Part shown: one piece after another, positions 49,640 through 63,800 of the stretch
Layout of the letters: each line of letters begins with the position of its first letter
Numbering within the stretch: position 1 is the first letter of the stretch
NCBI RefSeq assembly: GCF_004010195.1
Contig: NC_057710.1
Span: 60,048,153-60,112,152, forward strand
Length of the DNA: 64,000 nucleotides
From: Chiloscyllium plagiosum
Taxonomy: Eukaryota
Direction of reading: 5' to 3'
Notes under the pieces: model-generated
What the model was told of the DNA's origin: nothing
Database searches by the model: none
The model's input: the letters and a program-made list of their open reading frames with translations, nothing else
Made by a program: the position numbers and the translations under genes

Positions 49640-52600
49640 GTTGGTTTATGGGAGAAGGATTCACATTTTTGCATCACTGGAATCTCTTCTGGGCTAGAGT
49701 AACCTGTACAAGAAGGACGGATTGCACCTGAACTGGAAGGGGACTAATATACTGGCAGGGAGATTTGCTAGAGCTGCTCAGGAGGATTTAAAGTGGTAAG
49801 ATGAGACAGTGATAGATCAATCGGAGACTGGTATAGTTGAGAAAAGTTAGTTAGTTAGTCAGGACAGACATGAACAAAGAACAAGGTAGGACTGATATAT
49901 TAAACTGCATTTAGTTCAATACAAGAGGCCTAACAGAGAAGGCAGATGGACTCAGGACATGGTTAGGAAGATGGGACTGGGATATCATCGTCACTACAGA
50001 AATGCAGCTCAGGGATGGACAGGATTGGCAGCTTAATGTTCCAGGATACAAATGCGACAGGAAGGACAGAAAGGGAGGCGAGAGAGGAGGGGGGAGTGGC
50101 ATTTTGATAAGATATAGCATTATACCTGTACTCAGGGAGGATATTCCTGGAAATATAATCAGGGAAGTTATTTGGGTGGAACTGAGAAATAAGGGATGAT
50201 CACCTTATTGTATTATATAGACCCCCCTAACTGTCAGTGGGAAATTGAGAAACAGATTTGTAAGGAGATTTCAGTTATCTCTAAGAATAATATAGTAGGG
50301 GATTTTAACTCCAAACATAGACTGGGACTGCCTTAGTGTTAAGGGTTTAGATGGAGAGGAATTTGTTAAGTGCATACAAGAAAACTTTCTGATTCAGTAT
50401 GTGGATGCACCTACAAGAGAAGGTGCAAAACCTGACTTACTCTTGGGAAATAAGGCAGGGCAGGTGACTGAGGTGTCAGTGGGGGAGCACTTTGGGGCCA
50501 GTGACCATAATTCTATTAGATTTAAAATAATGATGGAAAAGGCTAGACCAGATCTAAAGGATGAAGTTCTAAATTGGAGAAAGGCCAATTTTGACGGTAT
50601 TAGGCAAGAACTTTCAAAAGCTGATTGGGGGCAGATGTTCGCAGGTAAAGGGACGGCTGGAAAATGGGAAGCCTTCAGAAATGAGATAACAAGAGTCCAA
50701 AGACAGTATATTCCTGTTAGGATGAAAGGGAATGCTGGTAGGTGTAGAGAATGCTGGATGACTAAAGAAATTGAGGATTAGGTTAGGAAAAAGGAGAACA
50801 CATGTTAGGTGAGATTGAATGAATCCTAAGAAGAGATTAAAGGCAGGAGTATACTTAAGAGGGAAATCAGGAGGGCAAAAAGGGGACATGAGATATCTTT
50901 GGCAAATAGAGTTAAGGAGAATCCAAAGGGTTTTTACAAATACATTAAGGACAAAAGGATAACTAGGGAAAGAATAGGGCCCCTCACAGATCAGCAAGGT
51001 GGACTTTGTGTGGAGCTGCAGGAGATGGGGGACATACTAAACAAGTATTTTGCATTGGTGTTTACTGTGGAGAAGGACATGGAAGGTGTAGAATGTAGGG
51101 AAATAGATGGTGACATCTTGAAAAATGTCCACATTACAGAAGAGAAAGTGCTGGATGTCTCAAAACGCAAAAAATTGATAAATCCCCAGGACTTGATCAG
51201 GCGTACCCGAGAACTCTGTGGGAGGCTAGGGAAGTGATTGCTAAGCCCCTCGCTGAGATGTTTGTATTGTCGATAGTCACAGGTGCGGTGCTGGAAGACT
51301 CAAGTTTGGTTAACGTGGTACCACTATTCTAAAAAAAGGCGGTAAGGACAAGCCAGGGAACTATAGACCAGTGAGCCTGACATCAGTGGTGGGAAAGTTG
51401 TTGGAGGGAATCCTGAGGGACAGGATGTACATGTATTTGGAAAGGCAAGGACTGATTTGGGATAGCCAACTCGGCTGTGTGCATGGGAAATGGTGTCTCA
51501 GGAACTTGACTGAGGTTTTTGAAGTCACAAAGAGGATTGATAAGGGCAGAGTGGTGGATGTGACCTATATGGACTTCAGAAGGGCGTTCGACAAGGCTCC
51601 CCATGGAAGACAGGTTAGCAAGATTAGATCTCATGGAACACAGGAAAATTAGCTATTTGGATACAGAACTGGCTCAAAAGGTAGAAGACGAGGGTGGTGG
51701 TGGTGGTGGTGGTTAAGGGTTGTTTTTCAGACTTTTCATCATTTAGATAAATGATTTGGATGTGAACACAGGAAGTATAGTTAGTAAGTTTGCAGAAGGT
51801 ATTAAAATTGGAGGTGTAGTGGACAGCAAAGGTTTCCTCAGATTACAACAGGATCTTGGTCAGATGGGCCAATCAGCTGAGGAGTGGCAGATGGATAAAT
51901 ACAAGGTGTTGCATTTTGGGAAAGCAAATCTTAGCAGGACTTATACACTTAATGGTAAGGTCATAGGGAGTGATGCTGAACAAAGAGACCTTGGAGTGCA
52001 GGTTCATAGCTCCTTGTAAGTGGAGTCGCAGGTTGATAGGATAGTGAAGGCGGCAATTGGTATGCCTTCCTTTATTGGTCAGAGTATTGAGTTTATGAAT
52101 TGGGAGATCATTTTGCGGCTGTACAGGACATTGGTTCGGCCACTGTTGGAATTTTGCATGCAATTCTAGTCTCTTTCCTATTGGGACGATGTTGCAAAAC
52201 TTGAAAGGGTTCAGAAAACATTTACAAGGATGTTTCCAGGATTGGAAGATTTGAGCTATAGGGAGAGGTTGAATAGGCTGAGGCTGTTTTCCCTGGAGCT
52301 TTGGAGACTAAGGGGTGACCTTATAAAGGTTTATAAAAACATGAAGGGCATGGAACGGATAAATAGACAAAGTCTTTTCTCTGGGGTTGGGGAGTTCAGA
52401 ACTAAAGAGCATAGGTTTCGGGTGAGAGGGGAAAGATATAAAAGAGTCCTAAGGGACAACGTTTTCACACAGAGGGTGGTATGTGTATGGAATGATCTGC
52501 CAGAGGAAGTGTTGGAGGCTGGTACAATTGCAACATTTAAGAGGCATCTGGATGGGTATATGAATAGGAAGGGTTGGAGGGATAAAGGCTGGGTGCTGGC

Positions 52601-52695
52601 AAGTGGGACTAGATTAGGTTGGGATATTTGGTCGGCATGGACAGGTTGGACCGAAGAGTCTGTTTCCATGCTGTACATCTCTATGACTCTATGAC
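49640..52695 (+). mobile_element. Long CR1 (HER1-like) LINE: ORF1 end plus ORF2 (APE endonuclease + RT), frameshifted
   Basis: DGLHLN (ORF1); GGGSGILI, YYRPP, GDFN, PTREGA.PDL and SDHN (EN); NYRPVSLTSVVGK and YMDF..AFDK (RT); (CTATGACT)n tail. Confidence 0.93.
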
Positions 52696-54454
52696 ATGCT
52701 CAGGCGACTTTTACTTTTCGTATCATGCCAGACAGGAACAAACAATTGTTGCAGTTGCCCCATGCACTCTTTAAACATTTGCCATTGCCTATTCACCATC
52801 ATCTCTAAGTAATGCTCCCAATTTCTCATAGCCAAATTGCATCTAATATCATTGTTGTTTCATCTATTCAGATTCAGGACTCCAGTCTCAGACCCAACTG
52901 TCACTCTCTACCTTAACGAAGAATCCCATCACATTATGGAAATCTGGAACAACTGCACTATTTTACTCAAAACACTTGACATTGCAAAACTTCCAAACTA
53001 CATTAATACATACTTCTATGCAGGAAAACATGAGAAATACGTCATTCTGCTCCTCACGCCTGTTCCACCTTTCCAATCGATTGTTACAAATCTATATTTC
53101 TAATATGAGTTCAGATTCTCTTGGATACTTTCATCAAGAGCCCAAAAGAAAGAATCTCATCCCTTGGCCAATGACCTCACTAGTTATTTATATATTTGCA
53201 TTATTTTGTGCAAAATAGCACAAGGTAGCTCACTCCCAAACCAGAAGAACACATTAAGTTTGAGATAACAACATCGAATTTTAACTTGATTCTGGAGAAT
53301 TTTTAAGTTTCACATTTGAAGAATTTGACGTATCATAATTCTGCATTAATGTTGTACGACAGCAGCATGTGCTAGTTCTGTATTCGAGAATAATAAACAA
53401 TTTATAATAGCAAACATTCCAATCTTTGTTTTCACATTGTCATAAGAATAGAATCATTTTGAATGACAACTGAGTAGGACATTCTACATAACCCTATTCA
53501 TTTCTCGCATGTGAAAAATGGCTACATGTGGGCAATGAAACTGGATTCAGCAGGAATTGGCAGAAGATATGCCATAGTGGGGTTACAACCAGGCTAACTG
53601 CACCAAAGAGATTCAGGAAGTCGCAGTCCAGTAAACAATTATTGCCAGGAGAGCGTTAATGTCTTCAGGGAGGGTGGAGGCATAAGAAAAACTAAAATGC
53701 TCTTGAGCAAGATTATTCATATACAGGAATTCCACTATTTATTCATTTCCAAGATGTGGTCGCTGCTGGCTGGGCCAGCATTTATTGCTCATCCCCAGTC
53801 ATCCTTAAAGTAGTGGTGACTGGCTTTCTTAAACCACTGCAGTCCATCTTGCATAAGCATAAATACAGAAAATGGAGAAACTCAGCAGGACTACGAGATT
53901 GGGTTGGGATATCTGGTTGGCATGGACGGGTTGGACCGAAGGGTCTGTTTCCATGCTGTACATCTCTATGACTATGACTGGTGACATATGTGGAGAGAGA
54001 AAAACAGAGTTGACAGTTTGTTTCTGGTATGACGCTCGTACACCTACAGTGCTATTTGGAAAGAAGTTCCAGGATTCGGACCCTGTGACACGAAAGAAAT
54101 TATGATATACGAGGATGGTTCGTAGCTTGGATGGGAACTTGCAGGTTATGGTATTCCCATGTATCTGCCACACTTATCCTTCTGGATGATAGTGCACAGT
54201 TTTCAAAAGCTGCTGCCCTGTGCTGAGATGGCTGACCTCCAACCAACACAACCATCTTCCTTTGTAATAATTAGGTTTCCATTCAGTGGATAGTTTTCCC
54301 CCAATTGCTATTGACCCCCAGTTCCACAAGAGGCCTTGAAGCCATATTGTGAAATGCAACTTTGACATCAAGGGCAGTTACTCTCATCCCCTCAGGAATT
54401 CAGCTCTTTTGTGCCAAGGCTCTAGTGAGATTAGGAGTTGAGTGGCAGAAACTA

Positions 54455-55125
54455 GGAGGTAGTGAGGACTGCAGATGCTGGAGAAGTCAGAGTCGATAAA
54501 TTGTGGTGCTGGAAAAAGCACAGCAGGTCAGGCAGCATCGGAGCACCAAGAGAGTCGATGTTTCGAGTTTAAGCAGGGGGTTTAGCCCAAAACATCGATT
54601 CCTCTTGCTGCTCAGATGAGATCTTGCAGATCTCAGGACTCAATATCAAGTTCAATAATTTTGGAGACTTAACACGTTCTTCCATGCTTTTCACACATGC
54701 CACTCCCTTGGTCCTGTCACAACATGGGCTGCTTTCAGCACAGCCAATCTATTTTCACCCACTCAAAGTCTCCATTATCACTGACGATCAAGATTCTATT
54801 CGTTACAGTAATTAGCCTGGTTGGATGCGCCCTTATGGACAAGAAATAGCTGGATAGTTTTCCACATTGCCAATCTGATGTCAGTGTTATACCTGTACGA
54901 CAAACAAGAGACAGTGGAGATCAGAGCTGAGAGTGTGTTGCGGGAAAAGCATAGCAGGTCAGGCAGCATCCGAGGAGCAGGAAAATTGATGTTTTGGGCT
55001 GGAGCCCTTCATCAGGAATCATCATATTCCTGAAGAAGGGCTCTGGCCCAAAACGTCGATTTTCCTGCTCTGCGGATGCTGCCTGAGCTGCTGTTCTTTT
55101 CCATGAACACACTCTCAACTCTGTA
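54455..55125. mobile_element. Cluster of Penelope-derived ends (fold-backs at ~54455-54620 and ~54915-55125; 3' fragments at ~54625-54800 and ~55365-55780)
   Basis: Same terminal motif and inverted arms as 12210-12417. Confidence 0.7.
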
Positions 55126-56849
55126 CTGTAAACAGTATGGCTAGAGATGTGACTCATTCTGGCGTACAAGTCTTCAGTAATATTGCTGGAATGTGGTCAG
55201 GGTCCATAATATTTGCATTATCCTGTCTCCAACTATTTCTTGATATTACTTGGAGTGAATCGAGTTGGCTGAAGACTGGCATCGTTGGTGCTGGGGCTAT
55301 CTGGAAGAGGCAGAGATGGAGCATCCACTTAGCACTTCTGGCTCAAGGTTGTTGCAAATCTTTGGAACTCAATATCAAGTTCAACAATTTTAGAGTCTGA
55401 ACATCTATGTCTTTTACACATCGCCACACCCTAGGTCCTATCATGATATGGGTTGCTGTCAGCACACCCAACCCATTTTACCCACTTCAAGTCCCAATTA
55501 TCACATATCTAGCTTCTCTTCGTCGTTGACTTATTATCAACAATCCCTAGTCTTCCTAACTTTCTCTCCCCCTTTTTCTCTCTGTGCTCTTATCTCCAAC
55601 TATCTGCTCATTCCTCCACCCACCCCCTCCAACCCCCACCAACCTGTCATTCGGAGAAAATACTTTTACAAGATGCTGTCAGTTCTGAAGAAGAGTTTCC
55701 CGACTTGAAATGTTAACCATTTCTCTCCACAGATGCCACCAGACTTGAGATTTTCCCAAAATTTGTTTCTGTTTCAGACCAGATCATTGATTGTGGTATT
55801 GCTTCGGTCTATGTATTACTTGCTGCTTTTGTTGTTTGCTATCCTGTTTTGCAGTTTCACCAGATTGACACTTGTTAGGTACACCTGGTGCTGCTCCTGG
55901 CACGATACCGTTATTGAACCATAGTTAATCTTGGCATAGTTAATGGCTTGACAGTAATGGCAGTGTAGAGAATATCCCGAGTCATGTGGTTGCAAATTGT
56001 GGAGAACGATTCTGCTGCTCATGGCCCACAGCACTTCTGTTTTATCTGTTTGAAGTTTAACCCATTTAATGATAGTGCCACACAACAGTGAAGGCAGTAC
56101 TACACTGCCATAAGGACTGAGAGATGATCAGGATACTGTCACAGAAAGATGGGCAGGTTGGTGAGGTGGAGGTCAAGTCCTACACTTGATTTTTTAGAAC
56201 TTTGTCTTTTTTTGTATTACTCTTCTTATTCTTCCTAAAATGAATTCCTTCTTGTCTATCTGCATTGAATTTCATTGACCACTTTTCTGCCCATTCCAAA
56301 CCATGTTGACAAATTTTGAAAGTGGGTTCTATTCAACACAATAAAAAGAGATGTCTTATCACTGATCCCCAAAGCTGCTAACAAGGTACGTTCCTCCAGT
56401 CAAAAAAACTCATCACAACTTTGACTTCTGTCAGTCAATTTGATATTCATGCTGTTACTGTCTGATTCAATGGGTTGTCATTCAATTGTTAAGCCTGTAA
56501 CATTCCAATTTTACCAATTGGAAATCCATTTGCATTACATCAACCACATTATCCATACCCATCCTGTTACTTCATCAATAAATTCAAGCAAGTTAGTTCA
56601 AAACAATTAGTTTTTAACAAATCTGTGCTAGATTTCATTAATTAACACACATTTGAATAAGTGACTGCTAATTTTATCCTGACTTATTTCCAAAAGCTTC
56701 TTTACCAAAGTTAAACTAACATGTTGGTTCTCACCAGCCAATTCTTGCACTTGTTTGTGGAAAACAAGCAACATGTGCAAATAATTGTTTTAATTTAGTA
56801 AAAACAAGTCAAAAAGGGAAACCCCAGCACACTAATTAGTAGTTGATGT

Positions 56850-57455
56850 GGGGAGATTGTGACATAGTGAAAATGTCACTAGATGTGTAATACAAAGACC
56901 CAGACTAATCTTTTAGAGGTATAAGCTCAAATTCCACCATGGCAACCAGTGGAATTTAAATGTAATCAATAAAAAAAAACTGGAATTCAAAACTGTACTC
57001 AGTAATGATTACCATGAATCTCTTATCAAGACCTATGTGGCTTACTAACATCCTCACCGAGAAAGAAATCTCGGCTATATTTCACTCCAGGTCATCTCTG
57101 CAATTTTCAAGGCAATTAGGCATTGAGCAAGAATAGGGTGAGTGGGAAAAAGTTAAACGTGACCCAAGGGCCAACTTTTGCACACAAGGTAGTGCATGTA
57201 TAGAACAGGCTGCCAGAGGAAAGTGGTGAAGGCTGGTACAATTACAACATTTAGAAAGGCATCTGGGTGGGTATCTGAATAGGAAGGGTTTTGAGGGATA
57301 GGAGCCAAATACTGGCGAACGGAACTAGATTAATTTAGGATATCTGGTAGGCATGGATGAGATGGACTGAAGGGTCTGTTTCCGTGCTGTACATCTATGA
57401 CTCGAAATGCTAGCCTTGTAAGGACACTCATATCTCATGAAACAAAGAAAAAATA
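56850..57455 (+). mobile_element. SINE-length head+tail derivative of the 17424 LINE, split by a CR1 3' end (~57135-57403)
   Basis: Head is colinear with 17424-17690 and joined directly to the GGCAATTAGG...A-rich tail of that LINE. Confidence 0.6.
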
Positions 57456-57984
57456 ACGTCCTGACAACCAACCACTGCATGCATGAAATCCAACTAAATC
57501 TGATGTCTTAGTAATTTGTTACTGAAGTGAAGTAAAAATGCAATTGTGTACATTCACCACCACCCAGTTTTGCTGCCAGAGTATCTGCAACTTTAAAGAA
57601 ATGCGGAAGTGGATAAATCTGTTGTTGATTACTTAAATAATATGTTTCTTGGAGCATTAAATCTAATTATCATTATTTGATCAGTTAGAACAATTTGTTG
57701 GGATAAGATGTCATCACTGACTGCCTTTTCAGCTATCTAAATATAGAATTGCATGTCAACACTTATTCCACATGATGCAAGCAATCATTTCCCTGCATCT
57801 GAGTACGTGCATGAACCTTTTGCCAATAGGCCAAATAAAAACATTCTCTGTAACTGGCAAAATATTGACTGAATGTCAGGAATAGCTAACTTGACATTTA
57901 AACAAAGTAAAAAATTAAACTACAAGTAAAGCTTGGCTTCAAAAAATGTAAATGGCCTTTATTGGAGTTTTGGAGGCCAATAAA

Positions 57985-58332
57985 TAGAGATTTATAAAAT
58001 CATAAGGGGTATGGATAGGGTGAGTAGTTAAGCATTTTTCTTAGGGTAGTGGAGTCATCGGTTTAAGCTGAGAGGGGAAGGATTTCAAAAGGGGCCTGAG
58101 GGGCAACTTTTTCATGCAGAGGGTTGTGCATTATGGAATAAGCTGCCAGAGGAAGTGGTGGATGCTGGTATAATGACAACATTTAAAAGGCATCTGGAAG
58201 GGCGTATTAACAAAAAGGTTGAGAGAGATATGGGCTAAATGCTGTTAAATAGGGAGAGGTCAGATCGGGATGTCTGGTTGGCATGGATGAGTTGGTCTAT
58301 TTTTGTGCTGTATGACTATGACTCTGACTCTA
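57985..58332 (+). mobile_element. CR1 3' end
   Basis: Typical CR1 3' terminus with a (GACTCT)n tail. Confidence 0.8.
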
Positions 58333-58427
58333 ATTACTATCCTGGTCATATTAAAACTATATTCACATCACAGCAAAAACGATTGGTCATAGACAGTAAG
58401 AGTTTGGCAACCTCACATCAAGGAGAT

Positions 58428-58752
58428 CATAGAATCATCGAAACCCTACAATGTGGAAGCAGGCCACACCAACCCTCTCAAAAATAACTCAGAACCATTC
58501 TCCTACTACTCGACATTTACCCCTAACTAATGCACCTAATTTATACATCCCTGAGTACTATGTGCAATTTAGCATGGCCAGTTCACCCAACCTACACATT
58601 TTGAATTGTGGGAGAGAACCTAAGTACCTGGAAGGAACCCATGCAGACACAGGGAGAATATGCAAACTTCACACAGACAGTCGCCCGAGGCTGGAATTGC
58701 ATACCTGATGCTGTGAGGCAGCAGTGCAAACCACTGAGCCACTGTGCCACCC
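58428..58752 (-). mobile_element. HE1-type V-SINE
   Basis: Reverse complement of GGGTGGCACAGTGGCTCAGTGG... plus the V-domain. Confidence 0.85.
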
Positions 58753-59540
58753 ACTTGGATTAAGAACTTATTTGATTACAATGTTAGGTCAATGCAAATA
58801 AACAGCAGAGTTAATTGGTTTGCTCCTTCTCCAAAGTCACCATGTACAGTAAGTAGTACCTTTATATTTCTGCTAGAAATCAGAGGACTTTTTCAAAATT
58901 TTTATGATTAATTTCAGATAAACTCCAGAGGAATTCTGAATTTAAATAAGCATTACTCAACTTAAAATGAACATTTTAAATATACAGGTAGATCACCTGT
59001 TCAACTGCTCCATGTGCCAGAATTTTGTATGTCAAGGATATTTTGACAACTAATATTACCACAGGTATATTGACTTATAAGCACTGGAGGCATTCCTGAG
59101 ATTTGAAACCATTGGGAAGGAAGTTCCAGGACTATTTTAGAACACTTAGGTAGCTCTTGAAATCATTGGATGGCTGAGTCGGGTACGCCCCTTCTAAATG
59201 AAGTGGTTATCTCAGGAACTGAGGGAGTCCTGGAATAATCAAGCACTAGGAGTATAAGCCACGGATCTATGCAGCCTTGGAGTAGAAGCTTGGAGTGGTA
59301 ATGTTTCAGGTTGCAACTGGCTAAAATGATGATTCTGGAGCAATTATTGGGGAGCAAATTCAATTTTACTCATTGTGGTCAGAGATGTTGACGTGGATTT
59401 ACCTTTCAGCACACTATTAGTGTGTGTGACCATGAATAGTGCTTGTCATCATTAACAAATTTCCATTAAAAAGGAAGGACCTCAAAAGTCGCAAAACATT
59501 TGCAGTTTATATATTTCAAAGTTTACAAAATAAAACTTAG

Positions 59541-59865
59541 TGGGCGGCACGGTGGCACAGTGGTTAGCACTGCTGCCTCTCAGCGCCTGAGACCCGGGTT
59601 CAATTCCCGCCTCAGGCGACTGACTGTGTGGAGTTTGCACGTTCTCCCCGTGTCTGCGTGGGTTTCCTCCGGGTGCTCCGGTTTCCTCCCACAGTCCAAA
59701 AGATGTGCAGGGTCAGGTGAATTGGCCATGCTAAATTGCCCGTAGTGTTAGGTAAGGGGTAAATGTAGGGGTATGGGTGGGTTTCGCTTCGGCGGGTCGG
59801 TGTGGACTTGTTGGGCCGAAGGGCCTGTTTTCACACTGTAATGTAATCTAATCTAATCTAATCTA
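59541..59865 (+). mobile_element. Full-length, young HE1-type V-SINE
   Basis: A box TGGCACAGTGG, B box GGTTCAATTCC, intact CpG-rich V-domain, CR1-like tail and (TAATC)n end. Confidence 0.95.
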
Positions 59866-60159
59866 AAAAACTACCAGGACAGTTTTTATTTTTAAAAAAT
59901 GTAACATTCCACCAAAAGGGACAGGCAATTTACAAGAAGTCTGTTGATAAATGGCCTTAATTCCTTAATCAACAAAAGAACCCATAAGTCAAAAGATGTA
60001 CAGGTTAGATGGGTTAGCCATGCTAAATTGCCCACAGTGTCCAGAGATTTGTAGGTCATAGCATTAGCCACCGGAAATGCAGGGTTACAGGGATAGTGTG
60101 GGGTGGTGGGTCCAAGTAGAATGCTCTTCAGGAGGTTGGCATGAACTCAATGGGAGGGG

Positions 60160-60510
60160 GAGTTGGGCTACGGGGTGGTTGGGTTGGTTGGTCTGGGTGT
60201 CCCAGAGGTGTTCTCTGAAACGTTCCGCAAGTAGGTGGCCTGTATCCCCTCTGGGACACCTGGACCGACCAACCCAACCACCTCACCTTGGCCTCCTTCC
60301 ATCTATCGCATTTCCAACACCCCTCCCCCAAGTCCCTCCTCCCTACCTTTTATCTTAGCCTGCTGGACACACTTTCCTCATTCCTGAAGGAGGGCTTATG
60401 CCCGAAACGTCGATTCTCCTGTTCATTGGATGCTGCCTGACCTGCTGCGCTTTTCCAGCAACACATTTTCAGCTCTGATCTCCAGCACCTGCAGTCCTCA
60501 CTTTCTCCTA
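60160..60510 (+). mobile_element. Penelope-like 3' end with an inverted GIY-YIG fragment
   Basis: Minus strand reads GDTGHLLAERFREHLWDTQTNQPNHPVAQ. The plus strand carries the terminal repeat with a hammerhead-like core at ~60384-60411. Confidence 0.8.
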
Positions 60511-60897
60511 TTTCTCATTCTTCTAAACTGCAGTGAGTACAGGCTCAAGCTACCCAATCACTCCTCATATTAAAATCCCTCTATACCTGGGATACCTCAG
60601 GAACCTTCTCTGAACTGCCTCTTATGCCAACATATCTTTTCCCAGATAGGAGGACCAAAATATTAATAGTAATCCAGGTGCGGTCTTCTTTCCTTTGAAA
60701 CAAAGGTCTACTTTCTAATTCCTTTCTCTACTAAACCTGAAGACCACTAAATCCCATTGTGCTGTAGTTTTCTGCATTTTCTCCATTTAAATAACATTCC
60801 TTCTCCTCCATCCTTCCTACTGAAGTGCATAACTTCATATTTCCCACATTATATTTCGTATGTTAAGTTTTTGCCCACTTGATTAACTTGTCAACAT

Positions 60898-63800
60898 CGT
60901 GATGCTGCTGCTCCTTTAACAATGTTAGGTTACCCTTGGTTTTTTTTTCCAGAGGGAGTCTTAAATGCATTGATTCTGATGTGCCTGGTTTGAATGGGTT
61001 TTAGGGCCAATTTGATTATAGCTAACAGATACTGCCTCAGGCAAAATACGTTCAAAATACACTCCTTGCTCAACTGTGGTTTGTTTTGGTTTCAGCAAGT
61101 AGTCAATGTTTTGAGGCTGCTGGTCGAAGAAACAGCTATATAGGTGTGCCAAGCTGAATCTCCCTGGCATCTCTCTCTCTCTCTCTCTCCTGCAAGACCC
61201 TGTGTTTGATTTTACATTTTTTGCCAAGGGATGTTTATGGGGATGTTGCAAGTATTTGGAACAGAATCATTAGGTCGTAGTAGAGTCGATTGGGTTTTTA
61301 AATAGTTATGTTATTCTAAATTCGGTTTTCCTTTGTTCATGTAAAAATAAATACTGTTTTGTTTAAAACTGAGTGGTTGAGTCAGCTGCATCGCTTCGAG
61401 AATATCCAGTTTACACCTGCTTAAAACAATTAGAAAGGTTAGGGTCAGGGCTACCTTCCTGAGATCTTTTGAGGGACTCTGACCCGGTCCATAATAGACT
61501 GGGGACTCATTGTGGGATTTCATTCCATGGTTCCAACTTGGAATTAGTGTTGCTGGACTCAAAGGCATCAAATGGTAGATGTTTGCTTTTTGATCTGGGT
61601 GGTTGATTTAAATAGTGATTGGTGTAGAAATGGCTCTTTTAGTCACTAAGAGTTTCCGGAGGATGGAAGAAGTGACTTTGTGGGCTTTACAAAAGGTGAA
61701 CAAGGAAAAGCTGTTGGAATTGGCAGTCAAGCTGGAGTTGAAGTTACCTTCGTCCGTAAGAAAAGGGGAGATAATTACAGCAATAGCTCAGCATTTAAAG
61801 CTTGCTGGAAACTCCATCAGAACCTTTAGAAATGGATAAAATTCAGTTGAAAATGAAGCAGCTTGAGTTAGAGTAAAGGAAAGGGAAAAATAATCTGTTA
61901 AATCACAATTAAGAGAAGAAAGCGAAAAGAGGATAAATCACTTTAATAGAACAAAATGAAAAGGAGAGAGAGAAAAAAGGAAGAAAAGTGTTTGAATTTC
62001 AGAAATTGGCATTTAGACAGGAAAGTCAGCTTAAAAAGGATGAAGATGAAAACTGAAGGTAAGCTTCGTGAGGAAGAGAGTGAAGATGAGCAAACCGATG
62101 GTAGCCAAATGCCTGGTGAGATTCTGTTTATAAATATTTAAGTATTGCCTAAATTTGAGAAGGACGTGGAAGCCTTTTTCATCTCGTTTAAGAATGTAGC
62201 TAAACAAATGCAGTGGCCAGTCGCTATGTGGGTTTTGCTTTTCCAAGCACTTGTTGGTGGAGCTAGTGAGGTATTTGCATCACTGTCGCAGGAGGTATCT
62301 GGGGCATATGAGATGGTGAAGAAAGCCATTTTAAGTGCATATGGTTTATGCTAGAAGCCTACAGACAACGTTTCAGGAATCTAAGGAGAGACCGTGGTCA
62401 AATCTACACTGCGTTTGTAAGGATCAAAGTATTTTTGACAGGTGAATAAGGGCATTAAAAACAGAGCAAACCTATGACGCTCTCAGAGAGACCATTATTT
62501 TAGAAGAGTTCAAAAATTCACTGAGGTAATGAGAACTCGTGTGGAAGAGCACTCGTGTGGGATAGAAACTGAGGAAAAATAAATTCTCACATGGTAAGGA
62601 AAAGGATAACTTACCCTAGGCTAAAAAGGAAACCCTTGAAGAGGAAAGAGAAGTTAAAAAGCTCTGGTACTTTCACTGCAATATAGTACGTCACGTGAAA
62701 TTAGTGTTGTTGGGTCAGAAAAAGCACTGGGAAGCCAGATGTAGAAAAACAGGATAAGCCAGTGAATTTTGTTGGAGTGGTAATGGAAAGCGCAGTGGAA
62801 GCAAGAAAGCTGCACCAAAATGTACAATCTGGTTAGAGGTTAGTTAAGAGAAAGTGTCAGATCTTTTTAAACCATATACCTGTGAACATAAAAGTTTACT
62901 TGCACAGGCCAAGAACAGCAGATAAAGAGTTACAATATTAAGAGACATAGGATCCTCTCAATTTTTGATGTTTGAAAGATGAGATACCTACCTCTGAAGG
63001 ACTATAGCCAAACAAAGTGCTAGCAAGAGGAATTCACAGTGAGACAAGTAGTACTCAATTATGTAGATTAAGGTTAGAGTGCCCTGTGAAGATTGGAAAA
63101 GTCATGATAGGAGTACTGGATAAACTCAGCTCCAAGAATACAATTTGTCCTTGCTAACGATATAGACGGTTCACAGGTAGGCATACTATCTTCTCTGGTC
63201 GAAAAGCCAGTGTAAACTCAGGCAACTGAACTATTTTTCCTGACTGGGTAGCTAAGAGGTCACAAAGTCACCAGTTGATACAGGAGAGATCAAAGAGTAA
63301 AAATACAAAAATTGAAGTGGAATGAGCAGAGACCCTGTTTGATCAAATGGTTGAGACAAATCAGATGCAAACAAATGACAAAATAGACTTCTTCAGTTCT
63401 GAGAAACTAACTGAGTTACAGCAGAAAGATGAGAAACAAAACAAATTGTATCAAAAAGCATTCATGGAAGAAGAATCAAGATGTATCCCTGAATGCTACT
63501 ATCTTAAGAATGATGTCTTAATCATATATTCAGACCGCTATGAAATGGGCAAAAGTTCATCTAGTCACACTGCAGTGGGTTATAGAAAGGTGGCATTGCA
63601 GGTAGCACATGAACCATCAGTTGGGGGTCATTTAGGAGTAAGAAAAACCCAAATTAAAATACAAAAACATTTTTTCTGGCCCGGACTGCACAAGGATGTA
63701 GTTGAATTTTGCCAGACATGTCATACATCTCAGGTAATTGGAAAACAACAGGCAGTAATAAAACCCACACCTTCAATACATATTCCTGCATATCAGGAAC

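Noticed and set aside
59541..59620. tRNA genes at A/B-box sites (also 17424, 15148, 58752)
   Set aside because: No cloverleaf; they are SINE/LINE heads followed by element bodies.
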